The position numbers and the translations under genes are program-made. Shown here one piece after another: positions 36,165 through 46,239 of a stretch of DNA of 64,000 bases. Numbering within the stretch: position 1 is the stretch's first letter; every line of letters begins with the position of its first letter. The DNA comes from a virus. Taxonomy: Duplodnaviria > Caudoviricetes. Location: positions 6,190 through 70,189 of the IMG/VR virus record IMGVR_UViG_3300025570_000011. One strand, written 5' to 3'. The notes under the pieces are model-generated. The model had not been told where the DNA came from and did no database searches. It was given only the letters and a program-made list of their open reading frames with translations.

Positions 36165-38912
36165 ATGGCAAACGAATTAAAATTTAAAAGTAACGTTAGT
36201 ATAACAGGAAACTTAAACTCCGCAAGTTTTTCAATTGATAAGTTTTCTGAAAATAATTTGCCATCCGGTGATCTTGTTGACGGTTCAATTATTTACAATA
36301 GTGATAGGAATAGTATATTAATTTGGGATATTGTTGCGGCTGAATGGCAAAACGTTCTACCTTCTCAAGGCAGTGGAACGATTCAAGGAGTAAGTGCAAC
36401 ACAGGATATTAGAGCTACTAATGAAGGTGGAACCATCGCCGGCATTGCTCGAGGAGAAAACAGCGTTGACCTGCAAACATATCGAGTTTTAACCACACAG
36501 GTGGCAGCAGCACCACGATCTGGTTTATTTGCAGGAAAAGAAAATGCGATACTTCAAAATTTCCCATCACTTGGCAACGCAAATCAAAGCGTAATTATTG
36601 GAGGCAATCAGAATAATGTTGATTCCGCTAATAACTGTGTAATAGCTGGAGGCCTTGAAAACTATACGGGAACTGGAACAAATTTATTTGTTGGCGGAGG
36701 AACAAAGAACTTTGTTAGAGATTGTAATTATGGCGCAATAATTGGTGGTAATAATAACCTTGTTACAGGAATTAACTCAGTTATATTAGGTGGTTCTCAA
36801 AATGAAGCCGAAGGTAACAATGCTGTTATATTAGGTGGAAGTGAAAATATAGCAAACGCGGGATATTCACTAGCATCTGGCAACTCTGCAGATTGTAATG
36901 GCTTTATTGGAGCTAGGGTTTTTGCAGATCAAACTAATGAACCACTCGTTGCAGCACATAATCAAGAGTTTGCTGTTCAAACACAGGAATTTACAATTAT
37001 GGGTGGCGCAAACCCTACAACAGCCAAACTTGGTATTGGCACTCAATTCCCAACTGAAACAATAGAAGCGCGTGGTAATATTTTATCAACAATCGCTGAT
37101 GGTACGGAATCCACTTTAATAAGAGAGGGTGTTATTGAATTAAGAAGAGATACTGGGATTTCTTATATTGACTTTAAGCATGGAGATTATGATTATGATG
37201 CTCGTATTTCAAGTTCAATAGATGGCGGATTTAATTTAGACGTTGGCGGCGATGGTAATATTATTAATAATGCTTTTGTAATACGGCCTGATGGTAATGT
37301 TGGTATTGGAAAAAGTTTGCCAACAAGTAAACTTCAAATTTTAGATGGTAATATAGCACTGGAAACAACGGGTGGCAACAAAGGATTTATAACACAAGAA
37401 GGAACCGGACTTACTGCTGGTGTTGATACTGGTATCGGCCTTTGTGCAAGTGATGCTAGTTTACCAAGCCAAGGCCAAGGAGGAATAGGAGCAGATTTAT
37501 TTGTTAATGATCTTGGCTACACAATAGCAAGAGGTAAAGTACTTGCACTTGATGATGTTGAAATAAGAGGTCAAATACAAATTACTGCAGGAAACCCTGG
37601 CCTTAATAAAGTTTTAACATGTGACGCTGCAGGCGTTGCTACATGGGAAGCTTCTGGAGGAATTGGATCATCATTAACAGATTTACAAACAATTTATGTT
37701 TCTAAAGACGGAAATAACTTAAACAGCGGAACAAATATAGGTGAGCCAAAACTTACAATTTCAGCAGCTATATTGTCACTGGCGGGAGAATCAAATGCTC
37801 ATACTATTCAAGTTCTTGATGACGGAATATATGAGGAGGAAATAACGTTAACGAGTTCCTTAAGTTTACACGCTCCTTTTGCTACGATAGTAGGCCAAAT
37901 TGAACTTGGTGCATTTTCTCGCGTAAAGGTTGATAAACATTATTGGGGAGCTTCAACTTCAACAGATTTAGTAGTCTTAGGTCCAAATGCGTCAGTAGGT
38001 GTTGGAATCACCGCTTCTTATGAAGCTAACTTGATGGATACACGAGGTATTACCGGAGGAGAAGGCACCACTAATGCGACGGCTATAAAACTATCCCAGG
38101 TTGGACAACCAACACAATTCCATGTAAAAGTTGACACAATACGTCTTGGAGATCATCGAGGAATAACGATAACAGGAACCGGTGCTGGTCTGCATACTTT
38201 ATATTTTAATATTGATACTATTGAATTATACGCTACTAATGCTAAAGGAATTTTTACAGGATCGGGCGATACGTTTGGAGCTCAATATATTGGTACTATT
38301 GGAAACATTATAACTAAGAGTGGAACTAATCATGCTGGCATACATATGGTTACAACTGCTAATGCTACAGTTAATGTTAAATGCAATGAACTTAGTATAT
38401 CTGGCACTAGCGCGACTTCTTATAGAATTTTAGATGACTTTGCTGGAGATCCAGACGAAGGTGAGCTATATATTAGTTGTAATAATATAGTTACTGACAA
38501 TCGAGAAGGAACGCCTGCATATGAAAATTCTAATTTAAGTTCTGGAGGAACGCCTGGAACGGCTCTTTCAGGAACTGTTGCTGGAGGTTCAGGTTCAACT
38601 GAAATCTTTGTTAATGGCGATGGTTCTACAAGAATGATTGTTCCAATTGATACTACATGGATGTTCACTACTTTAATTGCAGGAAGGTCTGCAACAGAAA
38701 GCGCAGGATATAAAATTGAAGGAGTTATTAAAAACGACGGAGGTACAACAAGTTTAGTTGGAACTGCGATTAAGACCGTGTTTGGTGAAGATGATCCTGC
38801 ATGGGATGCAACAGTGAATGCTAATAACACTGCACTAACATTTCTTGTAACTGGTGACAGCACTGATTCTGTTAACTGGTCTGCAACCGTTAATAAAACA
38901 GAAGTTAATTAA
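36165..38912 (+). CDS. Tail-fibre protein
   Basis: N-terminus paralogous to 33613 (NELKFKS), RGENSVDLQT module, GNVGIG motif, IYVSKDGN module shared with 17234; late promoter 36118-36125. Confidence 0.75.
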   Translation: MANELKFKSNVSITGNLNSASFSIDKFSENNLPSGDLVDGSIIYNSDRNSILIWDIVAAEWQNVLPSQGSGTIQGVSATQDIRATNEGGTIAGIARGENSVDLQTYRVLTTQVAAAPRSGLFAGKENAILQNFPSLGNANQSVIIGGNQNNVDSANNCVIAGGLENYTGTGTNLFVGGGTKNFVRDCNYGAIIGGNNNLVTGINSVILGGSQNEAEGNNAVILGGSENIANAGYSLASGNSADCNGFIGARVFADQTNEPLVAAHNQEFAVQTQEFTIMGGANPTTAKLGIGTQFPTETIEARGNILSTIADGTESTLIREGVIELRRDTGISYIDFKHGDYDYDARISSSIDGGFNLDVGGDGNIINNAFVIRPDGNVGIGKSLPTSKLQILDGNIALETTGGNKGFITQEGTGLTAGVDTGIGLCASDASLPSQGQGGIGADLFVNDLGYTIARGKVLALDDVEIRGQIQITAGNPGLNKVLTCDAAGVATWEASGGIGSSLTDLQTIYVSKDGNNLNSGTNIGEPKLTISAAILSLAGESNAHTIQVLDDGIYEEEITLTSSLSLHAPFATIVGQIELGAFSRVKVDKHYWGASTSTDLVVLGPNASVGVGITASYEANLMDTRGITGGEGTTNATAIKLSQVGQPTQFHVKVDTIRLGDHRGITITGTGAGLHTLYFNIDTIELYATNAKGIFTGSGDTFGAQYIGTIGNIITKSGTNHAGIHMVTTANATVNVKCNELSISGTSATSYRILDDFAGDPDEGELYISCNNIVTDNREGTPAYENSNLSSGGTPGTALSGTVAGGSGSTEIFVNGDGSTRMIVPIDTTWMFTTLIAGRSATESAGYKIEGVIKNDGGTTSLVGTAIKTVFGEDDPAWDATVNANNTALTFLVTGDSTDSVNWSATVNKTEVN

Positions 38913-40520
38913 ATGGCAGCATATTTAAAAGGAGTAGAAACAAATGGTGTTGTCGAGTTTAGTTTAAAAGATGACGCTAAAACTAATACAACTGTCATTA
39001 GAAATAACGGTATTATAACAACTATTAGAGCTGCGGAAATATTAGAAGGCGACGGTTTTAAAGCAGATACTACTGTAAAAAAGTTAATTATAGGATCGGA
39101 TGTAAAAGAACTTGAAACTAGATGTTTTCAAAATTGTACAGGTCTTACAGGAAGTTTAAATATACCTAATTCAGTTTATACTATTGGCGGCAATGCCTTT
39201 CAAAATTGTGCAGGTCTTACAGGAAATTTAAATATACCAAGTGGTATAAAATACCTAAAAAGGGTTTGTTTTGACGGTTGCTCTGGATTTACTGGAACTT
39301 TAACTTTTGAAGGTTCTAATATTGATATAATAAGCGAGTATGCTTTTCGCAATTGCACTGGCTTCACTGGTTCATTAACTATCCCAGATAGTGTTACGAG
39401 TATTGAAAGAGATGCCTTTAACAATTGCGGTGGCTTCACTGGCGATTTAGTAATTCCAGAAGGCGTTGAGTCTCTTGGGCCTAGGTGTTTTCAAAATGCA
39501 GGTTTTGATGGAACTTTAACTCTTCCAAGTACTTTAAAAGATATCGGCATCTCCGCCTTCTTCGGCACTTCTTATACTGGCGATTTAGTAATTCCAGAAG
39601 GCGTAGAATCTATTGGTAATACTTCTTTTAGAGATTCCGCATTCACTAATAGTTCGCTTACTATACCAAGTACTGTTACATATGTTGGCAACGGAGCATT
39701 TCGAAATTCAGGATTCTCTGAGTTATATATTAATTGCCCAGCCGCAATTTTTAACAACCCAGTTCCGGTAGAGACTCGTAACACCTTCCTTGACATGTCC
39801 AACCTCACCAACATATATGTGGATTATCAATATTTTTCAGAATACACTACCGAATTTAGTCAGACTACTGCAAATGTAAGTTTTTATAATTTGCCTTTAA
39901 CGCCAACAATATTTTATGATAATAACAATATTGAAATTGGATCTATAACAACAGATATTCCAGCCAACTTCACCGGCGCTGGACAAAACGAAAATATATT
40001 TTATATATCAATTGGAACAACATGTACAAGTATTGGTCAGAATGCTTTTAGTAACGGTCCTTTAGGCGGAGACTTAATAATTCCTTTAACGGTGACTGAT
40101 CTTTTTGACAATTGTTTTAGAAACTGCCTTAATATTACATCATTAACTTTAAATGAGGGTTTAATAAATATAGGTGAAGGCGCTTTTGCTGAAAATGATC
40201 AATTCACCAATAATGTGGTAACCATTCCAAATAGCGTTGAAACTATTGGCATTGGTGCTTTCTATACCTGCACAAGCCTTACATCAATGACTATTGGAAC
40301 TGGTGTGCAGACTATTGGTCCGGTCGCATTTCTAGGTTGTTCAAGCTTAACTACATTTAATTGTTATGTAAGTAAGACAATTGTTGATGCTGCCACCCAA
40401 ATATTAGATAATTGCACATCTTTAACAGAGATTCATGTTCGTTCAAGCGATGCTTCATGGACTGCAGGACCTGGGCTTGTTATTGGTAATATAACCGTTG
40501 AAGTAATTAAAGATTTATAA
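38913..40520 (+). CDS. BspA-type leucine-rich-repeat adhesin
   Basis: Repeated L.IP.SV..IG..AF.NC.GFTG. Confidence 0.8.
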   Translation: MAAYLKGVETNGVVEFSLKDDAKTNTTVIRNNGIITTIRAAEILEGDGFKADTTVKKLIIGSDVKELETRCFQNCTGLTGSLNIPNSVYTIGGNAFQNCAGLTGNLNIPSGIKYLKRVCFDGCSGFTGTLTFEGSNIDIISEYAFRNCTGFTGSLTIPDSVTSIERDAFNNCGGFTGDLVIPEGVESLGPRCFQNAGFDGTLTLPSTLKDIGISAFFGTSYTGDLVIPEGVESIGNTSFRDSAFTNSSLTIPSTVTYVGNGAFRNSGFSELYINCPAAIFNNPVPVETRNTFLDMSNLTNIYVDYQYFSEYTTEFSQTTANVSFYNLPLTPTIFYDNNNIEIGSITTDIPANFTGAGQNENIFYISIGTTCTSIGQNAFSNGPLGGDLIIPLTVTDLFDNCFRNCLNITSLTLNEGLINIGEGAFAENDQFTNNVVTIPNSVETIGIGAFYTCTSLTSMTIGTGVQTIGPVAFLGCSSLTTFNCYVSKTIVDAATQILDNCTSLTEIHVRSSDASWTAGPGLVIGNITVEVIKDL

Positions 40521-40529
40521 TATAAAGAA

Positions 40530-41255
40530 ATGAGTAATCTATTTAGAGGCGAAATAACAAATGGTGTAGCTGAATTTAACTTTGGTGAAGAGCTTAAAGG
40601 CGAATGGCCAACAACCGTATTTCTTAATGGCGTAGTTGATCAAACTTTTTTTGGCGAAGAATATCCTGATGGAGGAGTATTAAATCCGATTGATCATGGT
40701 AACGTTGGAGATAAAGTTACATTTGTTATAGGTAATAAAGTTAAAACTCTTAACAAGATTAATTCTGGAGGAGGATTATTTGATTCTGACATTACAATAC
40801 CAGCTGGTATTCCAGATAGTGTTACGACTATTGGGAATAGTGCTTTTCAGAATTGCCCTTTCTTTACAGGTTCATTAATAATCCCAGATAGCGTTACAAC
40901 TCTTGAATCCGTTTGTTTTAATTCGTGCACGGGCTTCACTGGTTCATTAACAATTCCAGATAGCGTAACAAGTATTGCCAATGGCGCTTTTGGTGGGTGC
41001 TCTGGTTTAGGCCCATCTTTAACTATTGGGCGTAACGTAGCAAGCATTGGCACTAGTGCATTTCAATCATGCTCTAATATATCTAATGTTAATTGTTATA
41101 TTGAAAAAAGTATTTTAGACCAAGGCGCTATATTATTAAACACCGCCGTTACAACTATTCATGCTCGTTCAACCGACTCTTCTTGGACTGCCGGAGCTGG
41201 CCAAACTATTGCAAGTAAGAGTAATATAGAAGTAATCAAAGATTTACCAGGTTAA
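40530..41255 (+). CDS. BspA-type leucine-rich-repeat adhesin (short)
   Basis: IPDSVTTIGNSAFQNC repeats; C-terminal cap shared with 38913 gene. Confidence 0.8.
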   Translation: MSNLFRGEITNGVAEFNFGEELKGEWPTTVFLNGVVDQTFFGEEYPDGGVLNPIDHGNVGDKVTFVIGNKVKTLNKINSGGGLFDSDITIPAGIPDSVTTIGNSAFQNCPFFTGSLIIPDSVTTLESVCFNSCTGFTGSLTIPDSVTSIANGAFGGCSGLGPSLTIGRNVASIGTSAFQSCSNISNVNCYIEKSILDQGAILLNTAVTTIHARSTDSSWTAGAGQTIASKSNIEVIKDLPG

Positions 41256-41275
41256 TAAAATAAATAAATAATAAT

Positions 41276-41860
41276 ATGAAATATGCTATAACACAGTCTT
41301 ACGATGACGAAGTAGAAAAGCTAATTGTAATTGTACAAGATACGCCTTTACCTGAAGAAGATGGTTTGGAATCATATGAAATTTCTGATGAAGAAGCGAC
41401 AACAATAGAAAACTCAAATAGTTCTCGATGGTTTATATATGAAGGAGTTTTAAAAAGTCTTCAGGAAATAATTGAAATACAACAAGCTAATATTATTTCT
41501 AATAAAGTGGCTGAAGTTGGAGTTGAAGCTGGTAAAGAATATCTTAGAGAATTTTTTGCTCGTAAGAGATATCAAGTAGAGGTTGGGGGTATTACTGTTA
41601 GCGACCTCGATGTTAGAACAGACCGCTTTACCGTTGATCGTATTTACCAATCACGAGTTCTTGCTAAAGAAGACGCTACATTTACTACAGATTGGAAACT
41701 AGGAGATAACAATTTTGTATCATTAGATGCGCCAACGCTTATTAGTATTGCAGATGGAGTAACTCAACATCTTAAAGATTCATTTACTAGAGAAAAAGAA
41801 ATTAATGATTTAATTAATAGTGCAGTTACGGTTGAAGACTTACAGGCTATAACGTGGTAA
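41276..41860 (+). CDS. DUF4376-like tail-fibre-associated protein
   Basis: RYQVEVGGI.V...TD....WKL.DN.FVSLDA...F.RE..I...I..A...DL.AITW. Confidence 0.65.
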   Translation: MKYAITQSYDDEVEKLIVIVQDTPLPEEDGLESYEISDEEATTIENSNSSRWFIYEGVLKSLQEIIEIQQANIISNKVAEVGVEAGKEYLREFFARKRYQVEVGGITVSDLDVRTDRFTVDRIYQSRVLAKEDATFTTDWKLGDNNFVSLDAPTLISIADGVTQHLKDSFTREKEINDLINSAVTVEDLQAITW

Positions 41861-41861
41861 T

Positions 41862-44800
41862 ATGAGTAATAGAGTATTTAAAGCAGGGCCTGCTGTTGAT
41901 GGCGTATCCGAGCTCAACTTGGGTTATGACACTCTAACGCCTACTATTGTTTTTAATGGAACCGATCATCCTACGATTTATAATGGAGACATTCCTGCCG
42001 ATGCGCATAATGAAGGTTCTGCTGGGCCAAATTTCGTAACAAGTTTAATCCTTGGTACTTCTTGTACATCTATAGGCGATAACGCATTTAAATGGTGTAA
42101 TAACTTAGCCATGACGAATTTAATTATTCCTGATGGCGTTACATCTATTGGCGTAAATGCATTTACTGACAGCCCTTTAATAACAGGAAACATTTTTATT
42201 CCTGATAGCGTTACATCTATTGGTACGGGTTCATTCAACCAATTGGGAATAAATGGATCTATAACTTTAAGTAATAATATAGAAAGTATCGGAAATTTGA
42301 CTTTTTATGGAAATAATACTATAACAGGAGATCTTATTATTCCTGATAGTGTTAAAAGTATAGGTTCCTTTGCTTTTCTAAACACAGGAACTGCTCAATC
42401 AAAATTACAAAATGAATTAATTTTAGGAAATTCTTTAGAATCTTTGGGTGCCTCTGCATTTTCCGGTAGAGGTTGGTCAGGTAATTTAGATATACCTGAC
42501 ACACTTACTCCTTCCAGTGGTAACTGTTTTGGCGATAATTATTTTTCATCTATTAATATTAATATACCAGCATCTGGTTGGGCTACCTTTTCCAACTTAA
42601 CTTCTCTTAAATATGTTAATGTTGGCACCGATCATATTTCTGGATATGACGCTGCATGGAGAACTACTAACGGTATAGCAGCATCAGTTGAAATAAGAGA
42701 TTTAAATAAATTTCATATTACTTGGAATGACAGCAGTGGTGGATTTCCAAAGACCGTGCTAGCACTATTTAATAATGAAGACTTAACCGCTGAAAGTGTT
42801 CGATATGAATGGTTATGGGATAGCACCGGCCAAACCGTTACAGAAGGTTCCACTTTTCTTTCTCCGAAATTTTTAGGAGTAGGAGATGTTAAATCAGAAC
42901 ATTGGCTTCAAACTACGATTAGCGACCAAACTCCAAGATATACTGGCTTAACTACTATTGATTTAAATGGTTCTGGACCACTTGTTAAAAGTTTAGATAT
43001 AAGTCAAGTTCGATGGCCACTTAAAAGAATAATATTAGAAGATGTTTCTAATTGGATTCCTGAAGAACCGCTTATGAAAGTCAAGATAATAGACGGCTTT
43101 AAAAACTTTACTATTACCAATAACCCTTCTTTAACAGAATTAAAATTTGATTTAAAAGGTGGCGCTGATATTAGGGACAACTCTTCTGCAGATAATGGCG
43201 TAATAAAAATAAGTGGGATGAGCGCTTTAACTGATATATCCTTTTCAAACCCAGTAGAACATTGGGAAGATAGGAGCTATGATGTTTTAGAGGTTAACAC
43301 TTTTGAAATATCAAATTGTAATGCACTAACTGGAACATTAGATTTACGGCAAATTACAGTAGATGTAAATCCTGCAGATACGCCTACGGCTGCACCGCCC
43401 ACACCCCTGACAGAATTTGTAACTATTAGAGATCCAGGTAACACAACTGATACTACCAGCTTTGGAGATGTATCATACGCGTATCAGATTGGTAAGTATG
43501 CAATAAGAGAAACGGACATCGATGCTTATAATGCGGACCCAGCAAATGCTGGTACATTACAGATTACACTAACCGAGCGTGGTGATGATAAGCCCGCTAC
43601 AAATGTATCTTGGAATGAAGCTGCTCGTTATGTTAACTGGCTTAATACAAGAGAAGGCGAGCAGGGCGCATATAAATTTACTACAAACGGAGTTAATGAT
43701 GATATTGCTCTTTGGAGTAGTGCTGAAGCTTGGCAAACCGACGGCGAAAATCTATTCAGACATAAAGATGCAAAGTATTTCCTACCAAGTGAAGATGAGT
43801 GGTATAAGGCAGCTTATTATAAGAGTGGAGGTACTAATGCTGGTTATTGGTTATATCCAACAGGAAGTGATACTGATCCAGTACCAACAGCTGGTAGTAC
43901 AATAACAGGAGAGGCTGTTTATAATCAAACGACTGGTCAAGGTCCTGCTGATGTTGATAACGCTGGCGGTCTTAGTCCGTATGGTACGATGGGTCAAGGA
44001 GGCAATACATATGAGTGGTGTGAGAGTGCTTTTGATGGTACGAATGATTCTACTACTGAGTCGCGGGCGGCCCGCGGCGGCGACTGGGACGACGGCGCAG
44101 TTTCAGTTCCGCCCGCCCAAAACTTGCAGTCGGGCGTCCGCGCACAATATCCCCCGGGCGGCGAGAGCACCTCCATCGGTTTTCGTGTCGCAAAAGTATA
44201 TGACAGATTTACTTCAGAGTTTGGAATGAATCTTACCGATAATACTGGAATAACTTACCTGGCTTTAGGCAGCGGATATAATACAAAGCACACTTTAAAC
44301 TTAAGAGGATGTACTAACCTTACTGGGTTTTATTCTTTTGATCCAAAGACGCTTACTATATCAGGAGTAAATGATTGGTCTGATTGTAATTTTTCCGGAG
44401 AAAATCTTTTAGATATTTCCCGATTTGTTAAAGGAGATCCTGAAAAAGAAGCTTATCAAAACCGAGCTAAATTACACGGGAACTCTGTGTGGGACACCAC
44501 CGGATTAACAGAAGAAACTATAGAAAACGCGCTGGCTAACAACTTTATCTTTGCGGGCGCCACATATGTTATTTATAGAATTAATTGTGGAGGTCCATTA
44601 GTAACATCCATTGATAATTATATGGATTGGGAAGCGGATAATACAATTAATACAACATATCTAACAGCTGCCTCTAATAACATATTCACTCCCGGTGGTA
44701 CGCCGACTTATACTTTTGATTCTTCAGTACCAGCATCAACGCCTGAAGAGGTTATTCATACTGAACGATATGATGAAATGACCTATAATTTTCCAGTATC

Positions 44801-45065
44801 AAATGGTGAGTATGAAGTCAGATTATATTTTGCTGAATTATTCAATGGGATTACTAGCGCAGGGCAACGCTTGTTTCAAGTTAAAATTAATGGCGTGACC
44901 AAATTACTTGATTTTGATAGATTTGCTGAGGCGGGCAGTATATTATATAAAGGAATAACAAAATCCTTTAATATCTCTACTAATAACGAATTATTAACAA
45001 TTGAATTTATTAATAATGTAGAAAATTGTGCAATTAATGCTATTGAAATCATTGATTTAAACTAA
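41862..45065 (+). CDS. Multidomain adhesin: BspA-LRR + FGE-sulfatase + malectin-like
   Basis: LRR_5 repeats at N-terminus; FGE domain ~43410-44195; YRINCGG...TERY...GEYEVRLYFAE...GQRLF...INAIEI malectin at C-terminus. Confidence 0.8.
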   Translation: MSNRVFKAGPAVDGVSELNLGYDTLTPTIVFNGTDHPTIYNGDIPADAHNEGSAGPNFVTSLILGTSCTSIGDNAFKWCNNLAMTNLIIPDGVTSIGVNAFTDSPLITGNIFIPDSVTSIGTGSFNQLGINGSITLSNNIESIGNLTFYGNNTITGDLIIPDSVKSIGSFAFLNTGTAQSKLQNELILGNSLESLGASAFSGRGWSGNLDIPDTLTPSSGNCFGDNYFSSININIPASGWATFSNLTSLKYVNVGTDHISGYDAAWRTTNGIAASVEIRDLNKFHITWNDSSGGFPKTVLALFNNEDLTAESVRYEWLWDSTGQTVTEGSTFLSPKFLGVGDVKSEHWLQTTISDQTPRYTGLTTIDLNGSGPLVKSLDISQVRWPLKRIILEDVSNWIPEEPLMKVKIIDGFKNFTITNNPSLTELKFDLKGGADIRDNSSADNGVIKISGMSALTDISFSNPVEHWEDRSYDVLEVNTFEISNCNALTGTLDLRQITVDVNPADTPTAAPPTPLTEFVTIRDPGNTTDTTSFGDVSYAYQIGKYAIRETDIDAYNADPANAGTLQITLTERGDDKPATNVSWNEAARYVNWLNTREGEQGAYKFTTNGVNDDIALWSSAEAWQTDGENLFRHKDAKYFLPSEDEWYKAAYYKSGGTNAGYWLYPTGSDTDPVPTAGSTITGEAVYNQTTGQGPADVDNAGGLSPYGTMGQGGNTYEWCESAFDGTNDSTTESRAARGGDWDDGAVSVPPAQNLQSGVRAQYPPGGESTSIGFRVAKVYDRFTSEFGMNLTDNTGITYLALGSGYNTKHTLNLRGCTNLTGFYSFDPKTLTISGVNDWSDCNFSGENLLDISRFVKGDPEKEAYQNRAKLHGNSVWDTTGLTEETIENALANNFIFAGATYVIYRINCGGPLVTSIDNYMDWEADNTINTTYLTAASNNIFTPGGTPTYTFDSSVPASTPEEVIHTERYDEMTYNFPVSNGEYEVRLYFAELFNGITSAGQRLFQVKINGVTKLLDFDRFAEAGSILYKGITKSFNISTNNELLTIEFINNVENCAINAIEIIDLN
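44058..44192 (+). other. DGR-type variable region candidate VR2
   Basis: GC-rich island sharing the invariant scaffold of VR1 (GAGTCGCGG...CGCGGCGGCGACTGGGACGAC...TTGCAGTCG...CCG...GAG...TCGGTTTTCGTGTCGC). Confidence 0.65.
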
Positions 45066-45083
45066 TAATATCTTATTTTATTA

Positions 45084-45112
45084 TTTACAAATGCTAGTTT
45101 ATGTGATATAAT
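45084..45112 (+). promoter_or_regulatory. Early promoter TTTACA-N17-TATAAT
   Basis: Directly upstream of uvsE. Confidence 0.75.
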
Positions 45113-45118
45113 AGTTAT

Positions 45119-46048
45119 ATGAGATTAGGTTTAGTATGTATTAGTGAGATCCTCCGTTCAAAAGAAAAACTGCATAGTCGAGCAATGACTCGTAAAAGGT
45201 TTTTAACTGAAGATAGAGCCGTAAGTACGGTTGAGCTATCGGCTCGTATTGCACATAATGTTTTAGTCCTATCTAAAACGATTCAGACATGCCATGAAAA
45301 TGGAATTGGCCATCTTCGTGTAAGCAGCAGTATGTTTCCTCTTGTCACGGATGAGACTTTAAAATTATCATATGAAGATCTTCCTGATATTGATTCTATT
45401 ATATCAGGGTTAGGAAAAGCAGGAGATCTTGCTCGACAATATGATATTACTTTAAGTTGCCATCCTTCTCAATTTAACGTATTAGCAAGTCTTAGTGAAG
45501 ATACTATTCGTCGAAGTATACTTCAATTAAATCATGAGAGTCAAGTTCTTGATTGGCTAGGTTGCAAATCTGATTATAGTTCGCCAATGTGTTTACATCT
45601 AAATAGATCGCCAGGCGTAGAAGAATTTACCACTCAGTATTTTGATAGATTTTGTGAAGGCTTTTTCCGGTGTTCCAAAGGAGTTCAGAATCGTTTAGTA
45701 TTAGAAAACGAAGACAAAGGGTATTGGTCATGCCAAAACTTATATAATACGTTTAATGGTTTTATTCCATTTGTTTATGATAACCTTCATGACCAATGTA
45801 ATCCTTCGTCAATACCATATTCAGATCAATGGGCTAAGTTATTCAAAGAAACTTGGGGAGTACATACACCAGTTTTCCATTGGAGCGAAGGTATAGATGG
45901 ATCTAATAAGCACGCAGATTATTTTACTCATGTCCCAGTTGTTGTTCAATTAAACAAAGATGTTACTTGGGAATGTGAAGTAAAATCTAAAGATAAAGCT
46001 ATCTGTAAAATTAAAGATGATAAGAAATTTCTGGAAGCTGAAGTATAA
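45119..46048 (+). CDS. uvsE: UV-damage endonuclease (UVDE)
   Basis: MRLGLVC, RVSSSMFP, HPSQFNVL, RLVLENEDK, D..H, FHWSE, HADY, EVKSKD.A. Confidence 0.9.
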   Translation: MRLGLVCISEILRSKEKLHSRAMTRKRFLTEDRAVSTVELSARIAHNVLVLSKTIQTCHENGIGHLRVSSSMFPLVTDETLKLSYEDLPDIDSIISGLGKAGDLARQYDITLSCHPSQFNVLASLSEDTIRRSILQLNHESQVLDWLGCKSDYSSPMCLHLNRSPGVEEFTTQYFDRFCEGFFRCSKGVQNRLVLENEDKGYWSCQNLYNTFNGFIPFVYDNLHDQCNPSSIPYSDQWAKLFKETWGVHTPVFHWSEGIDGSNKHADYFTHVPVVVQLNKDVTWECEVKSKDKAICKIKDDKKFLEAEV

Positions 46049-46056
46049 ATAAGTTT

Positions 46057-46227
46057 ATGTGGGAATTATGGTGTAAATCAATTGGGCAGAAAGCTTATAC
46101 TGATAATCGTAAAGCCGATCGCGTTGCTATTGTAAGAAGTGTATGGATATTACTTAATATGATTACATGTGTCTTTATTATATTAAACGCTATTGCTACA
46201 CACGGTTGGTCACTGTTTGGTATATAA
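46057..46227 (+). CDS. Small conserved membrane protein (56 aa, not in ORF track)
   Basis: MWELWCKSIGQKA...ADRVAIVRS..., a pattern familiar from environmental T4-like phages; late promoter 46044-46051. Confidence 0.6.
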   Translation: MWELWCKSIGQKAYTDNRKADRVAIVRSVWILLNMITCVFIILNAIATHGWSLFGI

Positions 46228-46239
46228 ATATATTTAGTT

